In this document: positions 1 through 9,183 of the stretch, in pieces | How positions within the stretch are numbered: position 1 is the stretch's first letter | Layout: the number at the start of each line of letters is the position of its first letter | DNA from: Narcine bancroftii | Taxonomy: Eukaryota | Length of the DNA: 64,000 bases | Assembly (NCBI RefSeq): GCF_036971445.1 | Contig: NC_091473.1 | Location: 210,924,001-210,988,000, forward strand | Reading direction: 5' to 3' | The notes under the pieces: generated by a model | Seen by the model: only the letters and a program-made list of their open reading frames with translations | Database searches by the model: none | Told to the model about the DNA's origin: nothing | Translations under genes and position numbers: made by a program

Positions 1-113
1 AAGTATGATTAGTGAGGGCTTGCATATTGTAGTTTGAAATCTGCTTAAGATTTTGTAATAAAGATTTGTGTAAACTGAAGTGCTCTTGGTGTGTGTCTCT
101 GTTTTCTTTCAGT
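1..113 (+). repeat. Fragment of ERV-S-like LTR (R/U5 part)
   Basis: Reverse complement of ~33590-33710 inside the class III ERV LTR; contains AATAAA. Confidence 0.6.
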
Positions 114-370
114 CGCTCAAAAGCTCATCAAAGTGCTACAACACATCCAGAAGTATAAGTTAAACAGGGAAGAATGTCAGTTTGGTGCGAAGGAAATCAT
201 CTGTCTGGGAGACAAACTGTCAGAGGCAGGTGTAGAGCCAGACATGAGCAAAGTGAAAGCAATTCTAGAAATGCATGGACCCACTGTCAAAAAAGGCATA
301 TTGAGAGTGCTGGGAATGATCAATTTCATTGGTAAATTCAATTAAAATCTGTCTTTCAAAACAATGTTCC
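114..370 (+). mobile_element. Ty3/Gypsy pol fragment (RT C-terminus)
   Basis: ORF 91..345 KLNREECQFG..ICLGDKLSEAGVEPD..KVKAI..LGMINFIGKF resembles Gypsy RT thumb. Confidence 0.7.
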
Positions 371-800
371 TATGGACTACAGCCATCAATGCATGGTTGG
401 CTGGTGCAATATAATCTTTGCGCAAGCTGTACCTGATGCCACAAAAATTGAACAGTTCTAAACCTGAACCATCAGACCAATGTTTTAGATGTGGCATTGC
501 AACAGGGATTTTGTGCACACAACTAGATCTTTATGTATTTCAGCCGGGGAAAGGTACCCTTTGTTGTGAGTGTCTTGGTCATTGTAAGTATAATTAGTTT
601 AGCGTTAGGTGTTTAATGTCAGGGGGGAATGAGTGGTGTGGAAGGGAATAAAAACAAAACAGTCAAACTCAATGATAGGACTATAAGGAATTAACAGATA
701 TGAAATGTAATTAATGTGGATATTGTTGATTATGATATTGATGATATTGATAAATGTTGGAGTTTGTGTGGAAAAATTACAAATAAAATATTCAAAATGT
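371..800 (+). mobile_element. L1-like LINE 3' end inserted in Gypsy pol
   Basis: CFRCG-like Cys motif near 480, AATAAA plus A-rich end, flanked by CAATGT(T/A)CCT duplication; 3' part recurs at ~14620-14850. Confidence 0.45.
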
Positions 801-821
801 CCCCAATGTACCTGAGGAAGT

Positions 822-1419
822 TGTGAGAAATGAGTAAAGCTAATATGAAAATATAAAAGACGAAGAAAGCTAGTATGGATATATGTGTAATGAATAAAGC
901 CAGTATGAATAGGATAAGGATAGATAATAGAATGTAGGAAGTAAAGTTAGTCTGAATAAGATAAGGGTCTTCTAGCCTATTAGACAAGAATCAGCAAGTT
1001 CCACATATGTAATTAGTAAGCCTTAGACAGAATTAGCAAGTTCTGCATATAAGAGTTAGTAAGCCCTGAGGGGTGAGAAGGTGTGAATAAGGACAAAAGG
1101 CAGGTTTGTCAATAAGGACAATAAGGACAATGACATGATGGGACATAGACAGGATACCCCCTGGTCCTCCAAGTTCACAGAAACAGCACTTAGCAGACAG
1201 GATTGCCTAATGCCAAACTCATCCAGGAGGCAGAAGAATGTAAGGGGGAGGGTACTTCTATACTGAAATAAACTGTATAAAAGTTGGGTGAGCTCCAGTG
1301 TGTGTGTGTATTCCCAGGGTAAGGGGAAGCACCCAACTTTGCATTGTTGTATAATAAATGTTCTTTGTTCTCAATTTTTGTCTTGAGCAATTTCTGTGAA
1401 GGTACTTCTGTTTCTCATA
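822..1419 (+). repeat. Solo (recombinant) LTR of class I ERV
   Basis: TGTGAGAAATGAG...GTTTCTCATA; reverse complement of LTR 8376-8898; TATAAAA and AATAAA present. Confidence 0.9.
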
Positions 1420-1918
1420 ACTTATTTCAAGTGGAACATTAGACAGCCAGTCCTCTTCCCTTGCATAAACCACAAGGGCTTTGACCAGGTTGAACTAAGC
1501 AGTCACAACCCATCTTCCAAATGGGGTTTTACTACAAGCTTTCCATCTTGTCCTGTTCCAGTCCAGCTCCTGCTGCTGACTGTCACACTGCGGAACTAAA
1601 TGCTGTCACTCTCTCTCTCTCTCTCTCTCAGAGAAAAAGTGTGTGTTTTTCTCTCTGCTTGCAAAACCACATGACCCTGTTAGCAAGTTCCACTCCAGAC
1701 AGCTTGTGGCTCCAATGAGTCCTTTCATCTGTTGCCTTTTTTGTAAATAACAATCTATTATTAACACTCTCCAAAGCTTTTGCAAAGGCTATTGAAGCCA
1801 GACTGTCTTGCATGAGCAGAGCTTCAGTACTTTAAATACGACCTGTTTTAAAGAATGTGACCTACACTAAAAAACCTGCCCCAATTTATCTCCCAAAACA
1901 TATCTATAATCTGGCACA
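1420..1918 (-). repeat. 5' half of Gmr1-like Gypsy LTR
   Basis: Reverse complement of 15883-16402. Confidence 0.8.
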
Positions 1919-2180
1919 AAGTACACCACCAAATTGGGGAAACCGCACCATGTATTCTATCTTGACACTCTCAGACCAGACAGCATTAATGACTTCCTTG
2001 AACCATCTCCCCTGGTCATTCTCTATCCTAATCCCTCCATCTCCTTTCCTCCCACTCCACTTGCGTGTTGCCAAATGCAGTCTTCGGAAGGGTCCTGACC
2101 CATCTTGCGCCAATTGAATGGGGCGACGATTCAGCCCGTCTAACCACGCAATCACTTGGCCCCCCCAAATTGCTGACACC
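1919..2180 (+). mobile_element. Penelope-like element 3' fragment (GIY-YIG C-terminal region)
   Basis: KLGKPHHVFYLDTLRPDSIN resembles PLE C-terminal KLEEQHLIFRLG.LQP.G.N; inverted copy at ~15620-15880. Confidence 0.55.
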
Positions 2181-2189
2181 CTTTGAGCA

Positions 2190-2945
2190 AGTCACAGTAC
2201 TGCTCTGTCTGAGTAGAAGCCCATTGACAGCATTCAGCTTATCTCTGATGTTGCAGTATGGCTGGCATTCACCTCTAGCCCATTCTTCAATCAGATCCTT
2301 AACGAGCTTCTGTAGAACTGTGTTCTTTTCTGTTTCATCTGTGATCTCCTTGGATTTCATGTCAGGTACGGGAAGAGATTCAGTGATCAGGTTCACATGG
2401 AGATTCACATCTGTCTCTGTGGAACTCTCATTGTGTGCTTCACTCTGTATCATTGCCCTGGATATTACATCAGCCAGCACAATAAGTTTACTCCTGTGTA
2501 CACCAGTTCAAAGTCATAATGTTGTAGCTTCATCATCCATCTTTGGATTCTCAGTGACATTTCACTGAGATATTTCTTGATTATTTCTACTATTGGCTTG
2601 TGGTCTGTCTCTGCCATGAATGTTGGTAGAGCATACACATAACTGTGAAATTTCTTGAGTGCATAGACCAGATCTAGACTCTCTCTTTCTCAATCTGTGT
2701 ATATCGACAGTCAGATATGGTCATCGATCTTGTTGCATATTCTACTGGCCTCTGATCTTCCCCCACGGCCTGCAGTAGTACCGCACCTATTCCATCTTTT
2801 GAAGCATCTGTGGAAATTTTTGTCTTTCTGGATGCGTCAAAGAACATCAGAAGTTCTGGTCTGTAGATAGAATGAACTTCAGTCATCCCCTTTCTTCTTC
2901 ATGGTTGTCTGTGCACTTGAATTCACATTTGTCCTGTAACAACTT
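2190..2945 (-). mobile_element. Gypsy RT/RNase H fragment, inverted copy of 14866-15600
   Basis: TKISTDASKDGIGAVLLQ..YTQIEKE; LADVISRA. Confidence 0.85.
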
Positions 2946-3097
2946 TGTGAAGGTACCTCTGTTTCTCACAAAATTGGGAACCAACAAGTAAACAAAACAG
3001 AAAATGGTAAAAACAACATTACAGCACTTTTTCCCGGCGTAGTGTAACTTTCAGATCAGAAGGATGAAGGACTGCACGCCAGGTGGAGGGTAGATTA

Positions 3098-6000
3098 TCA
3101 ATGTTGTTCAGCAGCTCGTTTAATTCGTTGGATGTGGCTCCATCCCTTTTCTTTCGTTCGCACGGCAGTGTCTGTAATCAAAAGTACACAATAGGTTTTA
3201 GTTAGTGATCTTGCCATGCTTTTACATATATCCAATCATCAGGTTTAATAGAATGAATAGGATACTCCAGGGGTGAGATTTGAGCTAATAAACTCTTCTG
3301 TCGTAAGTCATACAGAGAAGTAGAAAGTCCCTGTAGATATTTAGATATGTACTGGTCATTAGCCTCAGGGATAGGGGTATCAGTGTGGAATCCCATGTAA
3401 GGAAGACCAAACATCATTTCATATGGTGAGACAGCAAGGTCCTTATGAGGAGCTGTGTGAGTCCTAATTAAAGCTAAGGGTAAGCATTTAATCCAGGAGA
3501 GGCCAGTTTCCTCATGAAGTCGAGTGAGCTGATTTTTCAAGGTCTGATTCATTCGTTCAACACAGCCTGAGCTCTGGGCGTGCCATGGGGTATGGAGCTG
3601 CCAATCTATTACCAGTATTTTACACACACCCTGGAGTACCTGAGAGGTAAAATGTGTACCTCGATCTGAGTCAATAGTTTGAATCATACCGTATCGTGGA
3701 ATCACAGACTCCAGTAGTATCCTAATAACGGTCCTGGCACGATCATTAGGGGTCGGGAAAGCCTCAACCCATCGTGTGAAATGATCTACTGTGTAAACCC
3801 CTATCTTAGGTAATTCCGTAAAATCAATTTGTATCCATTGAAATGGGCATACAGCTATATCGCGACCACCAGGCATTACCTGGCACATAACCCCGCGTAC
3901 TCTGCTTGGCTATAGTGTATATTCCCGAGCAATGCAAAGACCGTACAAAAGTATCCACAAGTGCCTGTGTTCCCCAGCGTGTCTGCTGGTGGAGCTGATC
4001 AATAATTTGCCGAGCCAAGGCTTTGTTCAGCACTTGGCGTCTTTCTGCCGTCCACCACAACTCATCAACAGTTTGACGCATTCCCTGGTCCTTCATGTAA
4101 ACCTCCTCTTCCCATGAAAAGATGGCAGTCTTTTTAACCTCAAGTGGGGTGGGCAGTAACAGCTGCATGTCTATTTTCTCCGTGAGCACAGCCTGTTTAG
4201 CAGCTGCATCTGCCTGTCTGTTCCCCTGTGCTTCAGGACTGTCACCACTTTGATGGCTTCGTACATGAACTACAGCTATTTCCTCAGGTAATGTAAGAGC
4301 ATCTAGAGATTGGACAATTAAGTTTTCATGGATCAACTTTTGTCCTTTCCCAGTTATCATTCCCTGCTCTTTCCAGATCTTCCCAAAGGTGTGCACTACA
4401 GCAAAAGCGTTCTTTGAGTCTGTGTAGATCGTGCCCACCTTGTTCTCTAGACCCTGGAGAGCTCTACGGAGGGCATACAATTCACAAGATTGTGCTGACC
4501 AATGACCGGGAAGGCGACTGGCTTTAATCACTACTCCTTCCTTCCCATCCACTACACTATACCCGCTATAGCGAGTGCCATCAATGCAATGGGAAGATCC
4601 ATCAATAAACCACCTTTCACCCTCCTGTAAAGGCTCATCGCTTAAATCCTCTCTAATTTTGGTCTGTAAATCTATTACCTCTAAATATACATGCTCTAAA
4701 TCATTTGGAGAAACCAAGAAAGCTGCTGGATTGTGTTCTTTATTCGTAATCAGGGTCAAATCATCCCTATCCATTAGGATCGCTTCATATTTTAAAATTC
4801 TAAGCCACCTTCCAGCACGTTGTAAGAGAATATTGCTGACTGTGTGAGGGGTGTGAACTATCACCGGGGCACCAAACGTAATCTTTCATCCTTCCTCAAC
4901 TAAAATAGCAGTGGCTACGATGGCTTGCACACATTCTGGCCAACCACGACAAACAGGGTCTAAAACTTTTGACAGAAAAGCAACTGGCTGTCTACAGCCT
5001 GCCCTCTCTTGTGTTAGTACTCCGGTGGCCACATCTCCTTTCGCATTGGTATATAGGTCAAATGGCTTATTTAGGTTGGGTAAAGCCAACACTGGGGCAC
5101 TAATAAGGCGCTGTTTCACAAAGTTAAAATCTTTAATCTCTTCCTCTGTCCAGACAACAGCTTCGCCCCCTAGAATCGTGAGTTTATCATAGAGAAATCT
5201 GACCAGGCTAGAATAATTTTCAATCCAGATTCGGCAGTATTCCACTAAACCAAGGAATTTCCTAAGTTCTTTGGCATTCTTGGGAGGGGGGATCTGTAGA
5301 ATACCATGCATTCTCTCTCAACTTATTTTCCTAGTTCCCTGACTTACCAGATGACCTAAGTTTTTAACTTCTGATTGAACAAATTGCAATTTGGATTTGC
5401 TCACCCTGAGACCCTTATTCTCCAGAAAATTCAAAAGTTCAACAATATACTGTTTAACTAATTCGTACGTTTTTCCCGTAATTGACAAATCATCAACATA
5501 TTGTATCAACAGACAATTCTCTCTCCGAGGAGCCTCATCTAATATTTGTTCTAAGACCTGGCCGAATAAATTTGGTGATTATGTAAAGCCCTGGGGAAGG
5601 ACCGTCCACCGGTATTGATTCTTGTGTCCAGTAAAAGGATTTTCCCATTCAAAGGGAAACATGTCTCTGCTCTCTGTTGCTAACGGACAGGTCCAGAAAG
5701 CATCTTTGAGGTCAATCACACTAAACCATTTACTATGGGGATCAATTTTACTCATTATTGTATAGGGATTAGATACAACTGGGTGACAGGTGAGAATAAT
5801 TTTGTTCAGCTCCCTCAAATCCTGCACTAATCGATAGGTACTGTCTGGTTTTTGGACAGGTAAAATTGGGGTATTAAAAGGTGACATACAAGGTTCGAGT
5901 ATACCATCTTTTACCAACTGGTCAATTACTGGCTGCAGCCCCTTTCGGCCAGCTATAGGAATTGGGTACTGCTTTCGTCTAATTATTTGCTCAGGATCTT

Positions 6001-6466
6001 TTAAAGTAACTTGCAGGGGAGGAATATCTAACACTCCTCTTTTGCCTATTTTTGCCCATACTCCAGGATTTATTAGTTCCCGATCCTCCTCGGTTAATAC
6101 ATACAATTGAACCCCAATACCTGATTCCAGTGGCCTGGTGCCGCTGGCCAATTGGTCCTGTAAATCTCAACCTAACAAACAGACTCCAGCTTGGGGAACT
6201 AGTAAAATATCCTCTGTTATTACCTTTTCTCCCATTTGAATTCTTACATCTCTTAATACAGGGACTCTAAAGTCTCTTCCTCCTACTCCTGAAACTATCA
6301 CTGTCCCTTCTATCCTAACACCCTCGGGTGGTTGTAAAATACTAGACCAGGCTGCCCCAAAATCTACTAAAAAGGTCATCTTGTCACTATGGGGTCCTAT
6401 GCTTAAATTTACCAATGGTTCTCCGTGCAGCCCCACGGTGTGTATTGACTGAGAACCGTGACCCCC
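3098..6466 (-). pseudogene. pol: Class I ERV pro-pol, frameshifted
   Basis: ORFs 6167..6436 (PR, DFG at active site), 5579..6151 and 5318..5509 (RT LPQG, YVDD), 4886..5311, 3824..4864 (RNase H), 3202..3888 (IN). Confidence 0.92.
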
Positions 6467-8125
6467 CTATTCATAATCTGCTTCCATCAGGGCGTAGAAT
6501 CATGTCTCCCTGGCTCGCATTGGGCATTCTCTCTTAAAATGTCCCTCCTTTTTACAATGGTAGCAAACTAATGCTCCTGTTTCCCAATTCCTACCAGGGT
6601 CTCCATGGGGTCCTGGGAATGGTCGTCATCCCCGGAATTCTCCTCTACCCCTGCCGCTGCTCTGGTCTCTACTTCCCCATTCCTGGCGCTCCTCCCAATG
6701 TCCAGGAGCTGGCACACAGCCCCTACCCTTTCCTTGCTGTCCCTCCATGACTTCCTTGACTGCCTGCATCAAAATCTTAGCCTTTCCTTTCTGTTTTTCC
6801 TCAGACCTCTGGATGTATGCCCTTTGTGCGATCTGTAAAAGCTGTGTTATTCCCTGTTCATGCCAATTCTCAGTCTTCTGCAATTTTCTCCTGATGTCTG
6901 GGGCTGAATTAGTAACGAAGCCCGTTAATACCAATTGTTCACCCGCTGGGGATTCTATATCCAGACCCCCATATTGCTGTATGGCCGTACGCAATCTATT
7001 CAGAAATGCAGAGGAGGTCTCCTCGGGACCTTGGGGAACCTCAAATGCTTTCTTAAAATTCTGTCCCTTTGGAACAGATTCCTCGATTCCTTTTATCAGA
7101 TTAACCCTATATTCCTCCATTAATGTGTGACCATCATTAGTATTCTTATCCCAATTTGGTTTTGCCAGGGGGAATTTAAGTTCCCCAGGTATCGCCTCTG
7201 GTCCCCCTTGGTGTTCCCTATCCCAGACTCTAATCCCTGCCTGGCGAATCATTCCACATTCATCCAAAGTAAACAGAGCCCTAAAAATCGGTGTTAACTC
7301 ATCCCATGTATATATATTTGGTTGAAAAAATTGATCTAATTGTTCGGCACATCCCTGAGGATCCTCTATCAGGGAGGTCATTTCTCTCTTAAAGTTACGC
7401 ACCTCCGTACTAGTCAGGGGCTCATTTACAAAACCGAGACCCTCTCCCACGGGAACTTCCCGTAAAGGTCTCATCCAGTTAATTTCTGGCTTATAATGTC
7501 TAGGTTCCTGCTCTCCGGGAAATAAATCAAAGGGTTCTGCCCTTTCCTCCCGGAAGGTCTCACACTGTTCTGAGTCCAAGTCTCCTCTAGTACTTTGTGA
7601 ACGGGTCATCATACCACCCCTACTTTCTTCTCCTTTCTTTAGCTGTGGGGGAGGAGGGGATGGTGAAGAAGGGTAGAGCATAGGAGAGAGGCGAAAGATA
7701 GGAGCCGGTATAGGAGGAGCATAAGGTGGAGGAAGGGAATGTAACACATCCCATCCTTGTGTTTCAGGGACAAAAGGTTCCTCATCCTTCTTGTCCTTAC
7801 ATTCCTTTTCATTCAAAACCAGTTGATCAACCGATCCACTGAGCCAGCAGGCTGCACATTTTCTGCTCTCAATATTATCTCTTTGGTTTTGATAAAGCCA
7901 GATGTTCAACGCCTGACACATCCAGTCCTCATCGGATCCGAACTTTGGCCAATATACCGAATTCCCTTTTATCAGGTTTTTAACCCATTCCAGACAGCAA
8001 TACCTGACCATGGTCTATTTGTCTTTCCCGCGGATTCTCCCCGCACCCCAATCAGATAGCATTAATCCTAACGGACTTTGCTTAGTTATCTGATCATCCC
8101 GTCCTTCCTTACGACTATCTCCCAT
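6467..8125 (-). pseudogene. gag: Class I ERV gag, frameshifted
   Basis: ATG at 8125 (MGDSRK); ORF 6626..8011 with PPPY late motif and MHR-like QGPEETSSAFLNRL; CYHCKKEGHFKREC near 6520-6570; TAG at 6467-6469. Confidence 0.9.
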
Positions 8126-8355
8126 GCCACTCACACCTCCCATACTAACAGGTAAATAAAATTCCTCTTACCGTGATCCAGTAGCTATTCCTAGCGCACT
8201 TCCTTAACGTCCTCCCGTCGTTTGTTCTCAATGCCTCTTCTCGGATATCACTCGCTTCATCCACTGACCAGTCACTCACCATCCATGAGTCCAGCTGAAT
8301 CAGCCGGGGTGCACCTACCCTCGTCGTCGGGCACTCTGTCAGTGGAGGGAGTGGG

Positions 8356-8373
8356 ATCCCGGATGAGTCCCCA
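8356..8373 (-). promoter_or_regulatory. tRNA-Pro primer binding site
   Basis: TGGGGACTCATCCGGGAT, 16/18 match to MLV Pro PBS TGGGGGCTCGTCCGGGAT, 2 nt after the LTR end. Confidence 0.85.
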
Positions 8374-8375
8374 TT

Positions 8376-8898
8376 TGTGAGAAACAGAAGTACCTTCACA
8401 GAAATTGCTCGAGACAAAAATTGAGAACAAAGAACATTTATTATACAACAATGCAAAGTTGGGTGCTTCCCCTTACCCTGGGAATACATACATACACTGG
8501 GGCTCACCCAACTTTTATACAGTTGATTTCAGTATAGAAATACCCTCCCCCTTGCATTCTTCTGCCTCCTGGATGAGTTTGGCATTAGGCAATCCTGTCT
8601 GCCTACGTGCTGTTTCTGTGAACTTAGAGGACCAGGGAGTATCCTGTCGGTGTCCCATCATGTCATTGTCCTTATTCACACCTTCCCGACTCTCAGGGCT
8701 TACTAACTTCTTATATGCAGAACTTGCTAATTCTGTCTAAAAGGCTAGAAGACCCTTATCTTATTCAGACTAACTTTACTTCCTACATTTTATTATCTAT
8801 CCTTATCCTATTCATACTGGCTTTATTCATTACACATATATCCATACTAGTTTTCTTCATCTTTCATATTTTCATATTAGTTTTACTCATCTCTCACA
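8376..8898 (-). repeat. 5' LTR of class I ERV
   Basis: TG...CA termini with TGTGAGA/TCTCACA inverted ends; homologous to 822-1419. Confidence 0.9.
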
Positions 8899-9183
8899 TT
8901 ACCAATAATCTATGGAAACAATATGATACTGTGACAGATTATGTCATATTTTATATTATGTATAGATATGATTTTGGAAGAGTTAAATTGGGAGTTTTAG
9001 TGTAGGTCACAAACACAAACACTTCACAAAATAGATGTCATGTAAAAAGCAAGAGCTCTGCTCAAACCTGATGCTCCAGGCCCAGTGCCTTTGTAAAGAC
9101 AATGCTGAAGGACTTCACAAGTAGGTGTTAATTGGACATGCTGTGGAGTAATGGATTATTGTTTTGAAAGGAATAGGTGAGCG

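Larger units (their letters stand above)
2946..8898 (-). mobile_element. Class I (gamma/epsilon-like) endogenous retrovirus; env and most of the 3' LTR deleted
   Basis: 5' LTR 8376-8898, Pro PBS, gag with CCHC knuckle, protease, RT YVDD, RNase H WFIDGSS, integrase WIQIDF/DSDRGTHF; 25-bp LTR terminus at 2946-2970. Confidence 0.93.

Noticed and set aside
730-987. Hydrophobic membrane-protein-like ORF, repeated at 8715..9005
   Set aside because: Antisense reading of purine-rich U3 that crosses the LTR boundary and has a non-ATG start; recurrence reflects LTR homology
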